From an uncultured Spirochaetaceae bacterium (lineage in GTDB: Bacteria; Spirochaetota; Spirochaetia; Treponematales; Treponemataceae), in NCBI GenBank assembly GCA_902797055.1, contig CADBRT010000117.1:4249-68248 (forward strand): DNA of 64,000 nt. The letters are read 5' to 3'. Below are positions 47,681 through 58,241 of this stretch, piece by piece; the first letter of the stretch is position 1; each line of letters begins with the position of its first letter. The notes under the pieces were generated by a model. The model ran no database searches and had not been told where the DNA came from. It saw nothing but the letters and a program-made list of their open reading frames with translations. Made by a program: the position numbers and the translations under genes.

Positions 47681-48172
47681 CTAATTCTTTATTTTGATAG
47701 ACTTGATTATGTCCTTGAATACTATTTCCCAATCATCGTACGTGTCGGGCAATGCGGTTGCAGTGATGCAGTAAGCGCGTTTCTTTTTGATGATAAACTT
47801 TATATACTGTTTGACGCGGAATCCGCCGAGGTCGCCTTCGATAATAATATTGTTGAACCCCTCGCTCAAGATTTCGTAGTCATCGTAAAAATCAAGGAAA
47901 TTGGATTTCAGGTCATGGATAACAAGATTGTCCTTCAATTCCTCGTCCCGTTCTCCGCTCGTGATTGTAATACGTTCGCGGAATTCATCGTTCATTTCTT
48001 CAGGCGAGTAAAAGACAAAGACAACAGTAGCATCGCTCAGGCTTTGAGCCAGCCATCCGGCAGGGAGGTCCACAGATACCTTGCCGTAAGAAACGTGCAT
48101 TATTTCATCCGCAAACAGTACACACACAGGCATAATAAATAGCAGCAACAATGTGAACAAGCGGCGAGTCAT
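47681..48172 (-). CDS. Hypothetical secreted protein
   Basis: Signal peptide MTRRLFTLLLLFIMPVCVLFA. 163 aa. It lies 26 nt upstream of the aminopeptidase gene. Confidence 0.55.
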   Translation of the reverse strand: MTRRLFTLLLLFIMPVCVLFADEIMHVSYGKVSVDLPAGWLAQSLSDATVVFVFYSPEEMNDEFRERITITSGERDEELKDNLVIHDLKSNFLDFYDDYEILSEGFNNIIIEGDLGGFRVKQYIKFIIKKKRAYCITATALPDTYDDWEIVFKDIIKSIKIKN

Positions 48173-48209
48173 AACATAATTATATTAAATAGAAAGAAAT
48201 ATTGCAAGG

Positions 48210-48242
48210 AAAAAGCAGGCGGCAGGGGAAATCCTGCCGCCT
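48210..48242 (-). terminator. Rho-independent terminator of opp operon 2
   Basis: AGGCGGCAGG-ATTTCC-CCTGCCGCCT followed by GCTTTTT when read on the minus strand. Confidence 0.75.
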
Positions 48243-48264
48243 TGGAAAAGAGATTTTTGAAAAC

Positions 48265-49296
48265 CTACTTCTTTTTCTGATACAGGAAGCAGGCCACCGT
48301 ATGCCCGTCTGCGACGCCTTCAGGGCGGACAAAAGACGGCTGGCTGTTCTTGCAGCACTCCATGCGGTTAGGGCACCGGTCATAGAAGTAGCATCCTGGG
48401 CGCTGCTTTGTCGGAGATGGAACATCCCCACTCAGTATGATTCTCTGTCGTTGCCGTTCAACCTTCGGGTCGGGAATCGGGGCTGCGGAAAGCAATGCCT
48501 TTGTATACGGGTGCAGGGGATTTTTATACAAATCCACGTAATCGCCTGTTTCAACAATTTTGCCCAAGTACATGACGCAGATTCTGTCTGAAATGTACTT
48601 GATAACTGCGAGGTCATGCGCAATAAAGAGGTAGGAAAGCCCCATCTCTTTCTGAATGTCCTTGAACAGATTCAGAACCTGTGCCTGAATAGAAACATCG
48701 AGCGCGGAAACCGGCTCGTCAGCGAGAATCAGTTTCGGCTTGAGGGCAAGCGCGCGCGCAATGCCGATTCTCTGACGCTGACCGCCAGAGAACTCATGCG
48801 GGAAGCGGTTCTTGAAAAACTTAGAAAGTCCTACAAGTTCCATCAGATGCTCTACGCGGGAATCGATTTCTTCTTCTGAAATAGAAAGGATACCGCGTTT
48901 TTTATAGATGCGCATCGGCTCCGCTATGATGGCGGCTGTCGTCATGCGCGGGTCAAGAGATGAATACGGATCTTGGAACACGCACTGCATGAGCTGGCGT
49001 GCGGCGTACATATCTTTGTGGGACAGTTTAGTAAGGTCCTTCCCATCCAGAAGCACTTCACCGGAAGTCGGTTTGTACAATTGTGCGACGGAGCGGACGA
49101 CCGTGGACTTGCCGCAGCCGGACTCACCGACGAGGCCGAGTGTTTCGCCTTTGCGGATTTTGAACGAAATACCGTCAACGGCATAGACATACTGTTTTTC
49201 ACCGCCGAAGATACCGTCATGCCCCATATAGAAGTGCTGCTTCAAATCCTTTACTTCAAGGATTGTTTCGTTCGTATCTTTCATGTTGTCACTCAT
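48265..49296 (-). CDS. Peptide ABC transporter ATP-binding protein (OppF/DppF type), operon 2
   Basis: Walker A GESGCGKST, signature FSGGQRQR, Walker B ILADEPVSALD, and HPYTKALL. Confidence 0.9.
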   Translation of the reverse strand: MSDNMKDTNETILEVKDLKQHFYMGHDGIFGGEKQYVYAVDGISFKIRKGETLGLVGESGCGKSTVVRSVAQLYKPTSGEVLLDGKDLTKLSHKDMYAARQLMQCVFQDPYSSLDPRMTTAAIIAEPMRIYKKRGILSISEEEIDSRVEHLMELVGLSKFFKNRFPHEFSGGQRQRIGIARALALKPKLILADEPVSALDVSIQAQVLNLFKDIQKEMGLSYLFIAHDLAVIKYISDRICVMYLGKIVETGDYVDLYKNPLHPYTKALLSAAPIPDPKVERQRQRIILSGDVPSPTKQRPGCYFYDRCPNRMECCKNSQPSFVRPEGVADGHTVACFLYQKKK

Positions 49297-50306
49297 TGGG
49301 CATCTCCTGTGTTAACTGACCCTCCGTCTTTCTGAGCATACAGCCAGCAGGAAGCGCAGTGTCCGTAGCCGAAATCAACCGTCGGCGGATAGTGGTGCTT
49401 GCAGACTTCCTGAACCTTATGGCACCGCGGATAGAACGGACAGCAGTCAGGCAAGTCGATGACGTTCGGCGGCTGTCCCTCAATGGAGAACAGTCGCTCG
49501 TTCGTATCCCTGTCCAGCCGAGGCACAGACTGAATCAGCCCCTGGGTATACGGATGTTTTGTGTTGTAGAACAGTTCATCGGTGGAACCGTGCTCAACAA
49601 CGCGTCCAGCATACATGACGTTTATAGTGTCGCAGATACCGGCGACGACACCAAGCGAGTGGGTAATCATAATGACAGCAGTTCCAAGCCGGCGAGTCAA
49701 ATCCTGCATCAGTTCCAAAATCTGCGCCTGAATTGTTACGTCGAGTGCGCTGGTAGGCTCATCAGCAATCAGGATGTCGGGATTGCAGGAAAGCCCCATT
49801 GCAATCATAACGCGCTGTCTCATACCACCTGAGAACTGGTGCGGATAGCAGTCAATGCGTGTCTCCGCCCCCGGTATGCCGGCGAGCTTGAGCATTTCAA
49901 TCGCTTTTTCACGAGCCTCTTTCTTACCCAGCCCCTGATGCAACTGCAGCGTCTCTATCATCTGTGTGGAAATTCTGAGGTACGGGTTCAAGGACGACAT
50001 CGGATCCTGAAAAATCATGGCGATTCTATTTCCGCGGATTTCACGAAGTTTTTTTTCGCTCATAGTCAGAATATCTTCACCGTGAAAGAGTATCTGTCCG
50101 CCTTCGATTTTTCCCGGAGGTGTCTGCACGAGATTGATGATAGAAAGATTTGTCACGCTTTTGCCGGAACCTGATTCACCGACAATGCCAAGCGTCTCGC
50201 CTTTGTGCAGGTCGAAAGAAAGTCCGTCTACGGCCTTTACGACTCCCGCATCAATGTGGAAATATGTCTTCAAGTCTTTGACTTGCAAAATTACTTCATC
50301 TGTCAT
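49293..50306 (-). CDS. Peptide ABC transporter ATP-binding protein (OppD/DppD type), operon 2
   Basis: Walker A GESGSGKS, signature FSGGMRQR, Walker [12 protein letters not shown], and HPYTQGL. Confidence 0.9.
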   Translation of the reverse strand: MTDEVILQVKDLKTYFHIDAGVVKAVDGLSFDLHKGETLGIVGESGSGKSVTNLSIINLVQTPPGKIEGGQILFHGEDILTMSEKKLREIRGNRIAMIFQDPMSSLNPYLRISTQMIETLQLHQGLGKKEAREKAIEMLKLAGIPGAETRIDCYPHQFSGGMRQRVMIAMGLSCNPDILIADEPTSALDVTIQAQILELMQDLTRRLGTAVIMITHSLGVVAGICDTINVMYAGRVVEHGSTDELFYNTKHPYTQGLIQSVPRLDRDTNERLFSIEGQPPNVIDLPDCCPFYPRCHKVQEVCKHHYPPTVDFGYGHCASCWLYAQKDGGSVNTGDAQ

Positions 50307-50308
50307 AG

Positions 50309-51367
50309 TTATACCCTGTTCTTGGACTGTGGATCAAAAGCGTCGCGCACACCGTCGCCGAGGAAGTTCATGGCAAAGAGGAATACCGTCATGGCTGCTG
50401 CGGGAACAAGCAGACACCACGGATACAACCCCATACCCTGCACTCCGTCAGATATGAGGGAGCCCCATGAAGCAAGCGGAGCTGAAACCCCAAGTCCGAG
50501 GAACGAAAGGAAACTCTCGCTCATGATAAAGCTTGGCAGAGAAAGCGCTGTGTAGGCAATGATGATTCCAAGCGTATTTGGAATAAGGTGATGAATGATT
50601 ATGTGCCATGTGCCTGCACCCATGGAACGGGCAGCAAGAATGTACTCGGTGTTTTTAAGGCTCATCACCTGACCACGCACAACACGCGCAATCGTAAGCC
50701 ATGACACAAGAGCGATGGCAACAAACAGAATGGCAGTGCTCTTGCCGAGGATCGCCATCATGATGATGACGATAAGCATATACGGCAGTCCGTACATGAT
50801 GTCTACAATGCGCATGAGAAGTGTATCAACCCAGCCGCCGGCATACCCCGATACGGCACCGACAATAATGCCGATTATAAGTGCGGTTATTGTACCAATC
50901 ACACCAATCATAATAGAAATACGTCCGCCATAAATCGTGCGGGAAAGCATATCGCGTCCGAGGGAATCGGTTCCGAGCCAGTAGTGATATTTCTGCTCAG
51001 GGTCGGAAGCGTTCCGCGCAGCGATGGCGTCGAGTTCTTCCTGCTCTTTTGCAGAATAGGAAGACCTGCCCTCCTTAGCGGCGACTTTGTCAAAATACGC
51101 CTTGCGGACATCCAGCTCCACCGCACCCGCACTGCGGAATGACGGAGGAAGATTCGCATGATTTACATTTTGCTTTTCATACGGATGCAAGGGAAGAAGA
51201 GGTGCAAACAGCGATATCAAAAGGTATGCCATTACAACCCAAAAACTGATATACGCCATTTTATTTTTCTGGAGGCGTTTCCATGCATCAGCAGTCAGGG
51301 AAACGGACTTCATCTCCTGATTGAATTCATTCTTCCCAGTGCTCTTTTTATTTTTACCCACAGCCAT
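50309..51367 (-). CDS. Peptide ABC transporter permease (OppC/DppC type), operon 2
   Basis: GTDSLGRDMLSR, EYILAARSMGAG, and six TM segments. Confidence 0.9.
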   Translation of the reverse strand: MAVGKNKKSTGKNEFNQEMKSVSLTADAWKRLQKNKMAYISFWVVMAYLLISLFAPLLPLHPYEKQNVNHANLPPSFRSAGAVELDVRKAYFDKVAAKEGRSSYSAKEQEELDAIAARNASDPEQKYHYWLGTDSLGRDMLSRTIYGGRISIMIGVIGTITALIIGIIVGAVSGYAGGWVDTLLMRIVDIMYGLPYMLIVIIMMAILGKSTAILFVAIALVSWLTIARVVRGQVMSLKNTEYILAARSMGAGTWHIIIHHLIPNTLGIIIAYTALSLPSFIMSESFLSFLGLGVSAPLASWGSLISDGVQGMGLYPWCLLVPAAAMTVFLFAMNFLGDGVRDAFDPQSKNRV

Positions 51368-51388
51368 CTTTAAACCTATCTAATCAAA

Positions 51389-52318
51389 TTATTTGTAAGA
51401 AATACGGGGGTCAATCAACCCGTATATGATATCTACAACCAGATTCATCACCACGAGGATGGCTGAATACACGATAACCGTACCGAGAATGAGGAGGTAG
51501 TCGCGGTTGAGGGATGATTTGACGAAGAAGTTTCCTATGCCGGGAACAAGGAATACCTGTTCAATGACAACGGATCCTGTTACGATACCTGCAAAGGCCG
51601 GTCCCAGATAGCTGACGACCGGCAGCAAAGCGCCCTTAAGCACATGCTTGAACAACACGACGCTTTCCTTGAGCCCCTTTGAGCGGGCGGTGCGCACATA
51701 GTCAGAGCGCAAAACTTCAAGGACACTCGCGCGGGTCAAGCGAGCTATGGAAGAAAAATAAGACAAAGCCAGTGTACATGCCGGCATGATAAGCGTCTTT
51801 GCCCCGTAGCGGCTGTCAAGCCATCCCGATGTCGGCAGCCATTTCAGTTTGAGCGCAAAAACCAAAACCGCCACCGGGCCGATGACAAACATAGGCACAG
51901 AAAGTCCTACGCTTGCACACGACATGGTTGTATAGTCAATCCACGTATTCTGCCTGACAGCAGAAAATAGTCCAAACACAACACCGAACGTAACAGCAAT
52001 AACGAGGGAAATAACTCCCAGAAGAAGGGAATTCGGCATACTTTTGCCGATCAGTTCGTTTACCGTAAAATCCTTGTTCTTGTAGGAAGGTCCCAAGTCA
52101 CCGTGAAGCAAGTCACCCAGATAGCGCAAGTACTGCATGGCGAGAGGTTCATCAAGGTGGTACTTGTGCTCAATGTTTGCCTGAATCTCCGGCGACAACT
52201 TGCGCTCGCTGGAAAACGGTCCTCCCGGTGCGAGGCGCATCATAAAAAAACTTATCGTAACAATGACAAACATTGTCGGAATAAGACCTAACACTCTCTT
52301 TATTATAAATTTACCCAT
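51389..52318 (-). CDS. Peptide ABC transporter permease (OppB/DppB type), operon 2
   Basis: N-terminus MGKFIIKRVLGLIPTMFVIVTISFFMMRLAPGGPF, and DYVRTARSKGL. Confidence 0.9.
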   Translation of the reverse strand: MGKFIIKRVLGLIPTMFVIVTISFFMMRLAPGGPFSSERKLSPEIQANIEHKYHLDEPLAMQYLRYLGDLLHGDLGPSYKNKDFTVNELIGKSMPNSLLLGVISLVIAVTFGVVFGLFSAVRQNTWIDYTTMSCASVGLSVPMFVIGPVAVLVFALKLKWLPTSGWLDSRYGAKTLIMPACTLALSYFSSIARLTRASVLEVLRSDYVRTARSKGLKESVVLFKHVLKGALLPVVSYLGPAFAGIVTGSVVIEQVFLVPGIGNFFVKSSLNRDYLLILGTVIVYSAILVVMNLVVDIIYGLIDPRISYK

Positions 52319-52337
52319 TTTTCATGCTCCAGACATG

Positions 52338-52375
52338 AAAAAACGGAACAGCAACCGCTCAAGGATTGCGTTCCG
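52338..52375 (-). terminator. Post-SBP hairpin with T-run (attenuator between the SBP and permease genes of operon 2)
   Basis: On the minus strand, CGGAACGCAA...TTGCTGTTCCG (1-nt bulge) is followed by T6. Confidence 0.55.
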
Positions 52376-52404
52376 CTTTTTGTGAACAGTCTCTCAGATG
52401 TATT

Positions 52405-53982
52405 TTATTTTCTCTTCAATCCGATGTACGTGTGGCGGTCCATTGTATTTGCATACCAGCCGTCCCACTTGGTCAAGTCGATCAAGTTCTGTGTGACGTA
52501 GATGTAAATCGGAGCGACAGCAGCTTCATCAAGCATGAGTGTCTCTGCCTTGCGCAATGTCTCCATGCGCTCTGCACCGGACTGTATTTTTGACATTTCC
52601 ATCAACTTGTCATACTCTGGGTTTGAATAGCGTCCGTCGTTGTTGCCGCTATTTGTAATAAAGAGTTCCAGGAAGTTAGAAGGATCCTGATAGTCTCCGT
52701 TCCATCCTGCGCGAGCAATCTGGAAATCGTTTGCCTGACGCTTTGCAAGGAATGTCGCCCACTCCATGTTCTGAAGATCGATGTCGATGCCGAGTTTGTT
52801 CTTCCACTGCTGCTGCGCCCACTCAGCAATCTTTTTGTGAGCTTCGTTTGTGTTGTAGATGTATGTCAGGCGGGGGAAGCCCTTTCCGTCAGGATATCCA
52901 GCTTCGGCGAGCAGTTTCTTTGCTGCTTCGACATTGAATTTAATACCGTCAGCAGGGGTGTATCCTGCCATTTCAGGGACGAAGGCACCTGTCGCCAGCT
53001 GACCGCCCTTGGTCACTTTGTCAACGAGCTCCTGCGTATCGAGCGCCATTGCAAGTGCCTTGCGGACGCGGACATCTTTCAGAACCGGGTCGTTGCAGTT
53101 GAACTCCGCGTAGTATGAACCGAGGTTCGGTGCGACCTGATAGTCATCGCGGAGTTTAATCTCGTCGAGCATATCGAGCGGGAAGCAGCCCTGCATGTTC
53201 CAGTCGATTTCGCCAGCCTTGTATTTGTTGTAGGCGGTTGTCATATCATCGTTCGGAAGGAAGGTAATGGTATTTATAAAGACATTGTCTTTGTCCCAGT
53301 ACTTGTCATTCTTTTTTACAATGAGCTTTTCCTGCGGAGTCCATGTGTCCAGCACGAACGGACCGTTGCTTACAAAGTTCTGCGGCTTGACCCAATCGTT
53401 GCCGAACTTTTTGATTGCGTGCAGCGGAAGTGGTCCGAATGAATAGTGAGTCATCATTTCAACGGCGTATGGTGCGGGTCCAGTGAGTGTCACTTCAAAC
53501 GTATACTCATCAACAGCGCGGATACCGACAGTGCTGGCATCTGCTTTGCCGAGGTTGTAGGCTTCAGCGCCCTTGATGACGCCGGCCGGCATGTAGGCAT
53601 AAACAGCGGCAGTTGAAGGTGCAAGGTAGTACAGCCATGAATCAACGAAGGTCTGTGCATTGATTGGAGTTCCATCACTCCAGACAACACCTTTGCGGAG
53701 GTGGAAGGTGACGACGAGACCGTCAGCGCTGCGCTCCCAGCTCTCTGCAATGGCAGGAATTGCATGGCAGTCATGGGCATCTGCTCTGACCAAGCCCTCA
53801 AACAAAGCCATATTGATATGATCTTCTGTGGTACCCTGAATCTTCGTTGGATCAACGGACTGCGGCTCCGCTCCATTTTCAATAATCATCTCCGTACCAG
53901 CGGACACCTTCTTCTTCCCACCGCATCCAGTCAGTGCGACTGCACATGCAAATGCGGCGACAGCAACCAACGCTTTTTTCAT
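52405..53982 (-). CDS. Peptide ABC transporter substrate-binding lipoprotein (Opp/Dpp family 5), operon 2
   Basis: The start is placed at MKKALVAVAAFACAVALTGCGG (lipobox), ATG at 53982. 525 aa. Confidence 0.9.
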   Translation of the reverse strand: MKKALVAVAAFACAVALTGCGGKKKVSAGTEMIIENGAEPQSVDPTKIQGTTEDHINMALFEGLVRADAHDCHAIPAIAESWERSADGLVVTFHLRKGVVWSDGTPINAQTFVDSWLYYLAPSTAAVYAYMPAGVIKGAEAYNLGKADASTVGIRAVDEYTFEVTLTGPAPYAVEMMTHYSFGPLPLHAIKKFGNDWVKPQNFVSNGPFVLDTWTPQEKLIVKKNDKYWDKDNVFINTITFLPNDDMTTAYNKYKAGEIDWNMQGCFPLDMLDEIKLRDDYQVAPNLGSYYAEFNCNDPVLKDVRVRKALAMALDTQELVDKVTKGGQLATGAFVPEMAGYTPADGIKFNVEAAKKLLAEAGYPDGKGFPRLTYIYNTNEAHKKIAEWAQQQWKNKLGIDIDLQNMEWATFLAKRQANDFQIARAGWNGDYQDPSNFLELFITNSGNNDGRYSNPEYDKLMEMSKIQSGAERMETLRKAETLMLDEAAVAPIYIYVTQNLIDLTKWDGWYANTMDRHTYIGLKRK

Positions 53983-54158
53983 AAAAAAGCCTCCAATCGA
54001 ATCTGAACACACGTCAGCTCCGCACCGCCCTTTTTGTTTCAGGGCGGCAAAAACAAACGGGAACTTAAACTATAGTGATTTTTCGTTTTATTTTATTGAA
54101 TAATGATATTTATGCAATAGCCAAAATTACAAATTTGCACAATTTAATTGCTTTTTTT

Positions 54159-55535
54159 TCACTTTAGGATTGTAATCTCTACCCGACGGTTTTGAGCCAT
54201 GCCCGCCCGCGTCAAATTCGAGGCGACCGGTTTCCTGCTGCCGCACCCCTTACAGATAAACTGGCTGGCGGGAATGCCACGTGCAGCCAATGCTTCCGCA
54301 ATTGCCTTTGCACGCTGTTCAGAGAGCTGTTGCTCACCGGAAGGATTCCCCGTATCTGCCGTATGACCTTCAACGAGATACTGGGCTTCAGGGGCGCTTT
54401 TGAGCACTTGAGCTATGCTGTCAAGGCGTTCATTTTCCCCGGAAAGCAACTCCGCGCTGTCGGGCTTAAACAATAGATTCCGCATGACGAGTTTGACGCC
54501 TTTTTCACTGTCTTCAACCGTTGTGTCAGCATCGATCGGTTCGGGGGTGCTTTTCCCCGGAGTCTGAGCAGATCCTGTATTGCCCTTTCCAGTCTTGCCC
54601 GTACCTGTATCCGATTTTTTCTTGCCGGATGTGCCGTTTCCAGCGCCCGTTGTGCCGCCCGCACCATTACCAGTTTCGGTTCGGGAGTTCGGTTTGTCGG
54701 CACTGGCGATTTTCTGGCGTTCCGCCGCGCTGCGCACTGCATTCGTGTTGTATGACGGCGGATATTTTGTGAACAAGGCGATGTTTCCTTTCAGTTCCAC
54801 CTGATGCCCGTCGGCATACACAAACGTTTCATCCACAGTGTCCTTTATGACAAGCGCATGTCCGCCTTCTTTGCTGATGATAATAAGAGCGTCGTGCTTT
54901 CCGCTTGCGCTTGAAAGGTTCGGGTCTCCCTCAGAATCAACAAAGGAGAGTCCGTAGCGGGTCGCCCACTTTGCGCTCAGCACATAGACATCACGCCCGT
55001 TGTACACATCGTCCCTAACATAGGTGTATTCAACCAAAATCGGCATCCTCGTTACAGTACCGTCATTCAGAGGATCAACAGCCCGCTCTCCCTGCGCCTG
55101 CCAGCTGTCTCCGATGTTGATTTTCTTTTCCGGATACGACGGGAAGCTTCTGAAACTCGGATAGCCGTTGTCCTCAATCATGACCAGTTCTCCTGAGCCG
55201 GTTATCTTAAAGGAAGAATCGATTGCTGTGCGCACGCCATCCATCACAACACGGCGGTTGTGTTTAGTCTCGATGACGACAAAAAAATTCCCGTCGTAGT
55301 AGCGGGTGTTGCCCTCGCGTTTTTCTTCTGCTATGAACGACTGTACTTCCCGACTCATAAGTCCTGTGTATTTGCCGTTGTCGTATCGACGCAGGTCAGT
55401 TTTTTCAACCAGCATGTAGTTCCCGGATTCCCCATAGGTCAGGGAAACAGCGCTGTCCGCATAAAGCGGCAGGATGCAAAAGAGGAGACAGAGCGCGGCA
55501 AACAGCCTTGAAGACATTTTATTCATAGCATACAT
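54159..55535 (-). CDS. OmpA-family protein (N-terminal unknown domain, Gly/Thr/Lys-rich linker, C-terminal OmpA-like peptidoglycan-binding domain)
   Basis: Signal peptide, low-complexity linker GNGAGGTTGAGNGTSGKKKSDTGTGKTGKGNTGS, and the OmpA_C motifs LLFKPDSAEL, VEGHTADTG and NRRVEI. Confidence 0.85.
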   Translation of the reverse strand: MYAMNKMSSRLFAALCLLFCILPLYADSAVSLTYGESGNYMLVEKTDLRRYDNGKYTGLMSREVQSFIAEEKREGNTRYYDGNFFVVIETKHNRRVVMDGVRTAIDSSFKITGSGELVMIEDNGYPSFRSFPSYPEKKINIGDSWQAQGERAVDPLNDGTVTRMPILVEYTYVRDDVYNGRDVYVLSAKWATRYGLSFVDSEGDPNLSSASGKHDALIIISKEGGHALVIKDTVDETFVYADGHQVELKGNIALFTKYPPSYNTNAVRSAAERQKIASADKPNSRTETGNGAGGTTGAGNGTSGKKKSDTGTGKTGKGNTGSAQTPGKSTPEPIDADTTVEDSEKGVKLVMRNLLFKPDSAELLSGENERLDSIAQVLKSAPEAQYLVEGHTADTGNPSGEQQLSEQRAKAIAEALAARGIPASQFICKGCGSRKPVASNLTRAGMAQNRRVEITILK

Positions 55536-55642
55536 CCTTTTTCTACTAAAGAATATCGATTATGGACACTCTTATTTAAACCCTTAGAACGAACAAAAGG
55601 TTTCTTTGAGCAAAAGAGGATTGTTTTTTATCGCTCTAACAC

Positions 55643-55671
55643 TTCCAAAAGGTGTGTATCTATAGTATAAT
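55643..55671 (+). promoter_or_regulatory. Candidate ackA promoter (TTCCAA-N17-TATAAT)
   Basis: TTCCAA at 55643-55648, a 17-nt spacer, and TATAAT at 55666-55671. Based on the sequence pattern only. Confidence 0.3.
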
Positions 55672-55708
55672 TTCTAGACACTTTCTATTTTTTAGAGGCA
55701 TTATTTCT

Positions 55709-57049
55709 ATGGCAATGGTAATCCTTACATTGAACTGCGGTTCTTCATCCGCAAAGTACCAGGTATACGACTGGGACAGCAAGGCTGTACTCGCAAACGG
55801 CGTAGTAGAGAGAATAGGGACGGAGGGGTCCGGCATCACCCACAAGGCGAACGGTGGCAAAACAGAGATAAAGAGCCCTTGTCCAACACACAAGGAAGCA
55901 ATCGAGCTTATCCTTAAGACAATAACAGACAGCAAAATCGGCGTTATCAGCGACATGAGCGTCATCAAATCTGTCGGACACCGCGTTCTGCACGGCGGAG
56001 ACAAATTCACAAAGAGCGTCATCATCACTCCTGAAGTGCTTGAGACATTCCGCTCCGTACAGGACCTCGGACCGCTCCACAACCCTGCAAACATCATGGG
56101 CATTGAGGCTGCACAGAAAGTCATGCCGAATGTCCCGCAGTGCGCAATCATGGACACCGCCTGGCACCAGACAATGCCGGAAGAGAACTTCATGTATGCA
56201 ATCCCGCGCGAGTGGTACACAAAATACGCGGCACGCCGCTACGGATTCCACGGAACTTCGTTCCTGTACACAGCAAAACGCGCTTCTGTACTGCTCCACA
56301 AAAAGCCGAGCGAAACAAACCTCATCATCTGCCACATCGGAAACGGTTCTTCCATGTGCGCTGTCAAAGACGGCAAGTGTTTTGACACATCAATGGGTAT
56401 CACTCCGCTTGAAGGTCTGGTTATGGGCACACGCAGCGGCGACCTCGACCCGGCGCTCCCGTTCTACATCATGCGCAAGACTGGCATGAGCGCAGATGAA
56501 ATGGACAAAGCGCTGAACAAGAAGTGCGGACTTCTCGGTATCACCGACGGAAAATACCAGGACAGACGCGATATTGAAGTCGCAACGGCAGAAGGCGACA
56601 AGCTGGCAGAACTTTCAATCAACATGGAAGCTGCAAGAATCCGCAAATACATCGGCGCATACGTTGCAGAACTCGGAAGGGTTGATGCAATCGTCTTCAC
56701 AGCCGGTGTTGGAGAGCGCTCTCCGATTATCCGCGGAGCTTCCCTCAAAGGGCTCGACTTCATGGGAATCAAGATTGACCTCCAGAAGAATGAGTACAGC
56801 TTCACAGGAAATGCAGAGACTTGCATCAGCACAGATGACAGCAAGACAAAGATTTTCGTCATCCCGACAGACGAGGAACTGGTCATGACAGAAGACGCAT
56901 ACGCTTTGATGAAAGGCACGTATGATGTCCACACAAATTTCACCTACAGCTTCCAGGATCCTGCTTACGTGAACAAAGCAAGAGAGGAAGGTCTGAAAAA
57001 GGACATTGCAAAACGTCCGCACATCGCAGATGTAGTCGTTCGTCCATAA
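55709..57049 (+). CDS. ackA: Acetate kinase
   Basis: [45 protein letters not shown] and FTAGVGE. The start is placed at ATG 55709. It carries a C-terminal extension of about 43 aa. Confidence 0.9.
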   Translation: MAMVILTLNCGSSSAKYQVYDWDSKAVLANGVVERIGTEGSGITHKANGGKTEIKSPCPTHKEAIELILKTITDSKIGVISDMSVIKSVGHRVLHGGDKFTKSVIITPEVLETFRSVQDLGPLHNPANIMGIEAAQKVMPNVPQCAIMDTAWHQTMPEENFMYAIPREWYTKYAARRYGFHGTSFLYTAKRASVLLHKKPSETNLIICHIGNGSSMCAVKDGKCFDTSMGITPLEGLVMGTRSGDLDPALPFYIMRKTGMSADEMDKALNKKCGLLGITDGKYQDRRDIEVATAEGDKLAELSINMEAARIRKYIGAYVAELGRVDAIVFTAGVGERSPIIRGASLKGLDFMGIKIDLQKNEYSFTGNAETCISTDDSKTKIFVIPTDEELVMTEDAYALMKGTYDVHTNFTYSFQDPAYVNKAREEGLKKDIAKRPHIADVVVRP

Positions 57050-57121
57050 CCTAGTATCAGAAACGGGCAGTCCGCACGACAGTGGCTGTCCGTCCCACCA
57101 TTGAGCTGCAAAGGATGACGC

Positions 57122-58222
57122 ATGGATAAGAAGAAAGTATTCAACCTGCTGTTTTTCGGTACGAATGAGACAAAGTTTCTTGATGACATCTCACCGATGA
57201 TTGAAAAGAGCAATCACAATTCTCTTCTTGTATTTACAGCCATCTTTGCAATACTGCTTGCGGCGGTTTCTATCGCTTCCTTCTTCATTCCGCAACTCCG
57301 TTCCATGTTTCCCATATACATAATTGGGTTCACCATCAGTGTCCTGCTGCACATAACAGGGAGACTCACACAGCAAAAACCAAATCCTACATTGACGCTG
57401 GAGCTGCTGTACGCGTTCATGGCCGCAACCTATGCGATTACTATTATGATTTCATTACGGGGAAACAAGGGACAGCCGGCAGTCACGTACATAGGACTGC
57501 TGATTGTCCTGCCACTTTTGATATGTGATTTCCCCTGGCGTACGAATGTACTGCTCATTCTGGCGGAAACACTGTTTCTCATTCTGTCCCATCATACAAA
57601 ACAAACGAGCGTCTTCGCATACGACCTCATCAACTCCATGGTATTCCTTGTCATAGGGATCTGCACAAACACCAGTACTCAGATACGCCACTTTTCGGAA
57701 TTCAACAGCAGACGTGTCGTACAGATGCAGCGGGACACCGACAGTCTGACAGGAACACTTACCAAACGGACCTTTGAAATCAACATTCAGAAAGCACTGG
57801 CTTCGACAACATCGGGCGGAGTGCTGATGATTCTAGACATAGACAACTTTAAAAACATAAACGATACGTTCGGCCATTCAATCGGTGACTACTACATTTC
57901 GCACACCGGCCGCTGTCTGCTGACGTGCTGCCGGGAAAGTGACTTAATCGGCCGCTTCGGCGGGGATGAATTTGTCATTTATATGCCGGGCCTGACGACG
58001 ACAACCAGCATACGCAAAAAGACGAAGGATATGGAACACGTTCTCAAAACCTTCTTTGCAGAAAACACTAAATACGCATCTTTTACAGCGAGCATCGGCT
58101 GCACAATCTTCCATGACAACAGCCGGGAATACAAGGAACTCTTCGACCAAGCCGACCATGCCCTCTACATAGCAAAAAACAGCGGCAAAGACAAATGCTG
58201 CATCTATGGGGAAGTGGAATAA
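57122..58222 (+). CDS. Membrane-bound diguanylate cyclase (GGDEF) with an I-site
   Basis: About 190 aa of TM helices, then RFGGDEFVIYM. An RESD (RxxD) I-site lies five residues upstream of GGDEF. Confidence 0.9.
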   Translation: MDKKKVFNLLFFGTNETKFLDDISPMIEKSNHNSLLVFTAIFAILLAAVSIASFFIPQLRSMFPIYIIGFTISVLLHITGRLTQQKPNPTLTLELLYAFMAATYAITIMISLRGNKGQPAVTYIGLLIVLPLLICDFPWRTNVLLILAETLFLILSHHTKQTSVFAYDLINSMVFLVIGICTNTSTQIRHFSEFNSRRVVQMQRDTDSLTGTLTKRTFEINIQKALASTTSGGVLMILDIDNFKNINDTFGHSIGDYYISHTGRCLLTCCRESDLIGRFGGDEFVIYMPGLTTTTSIRKKTKDMEHVLKTFFAENTKYASFTASIGCTIFHDNSREYKELFDQADHALYIAKNSGKDKCCIYGEVE

Positions 58223-58241
58223 CAAAATATAAGCTGTGCAC

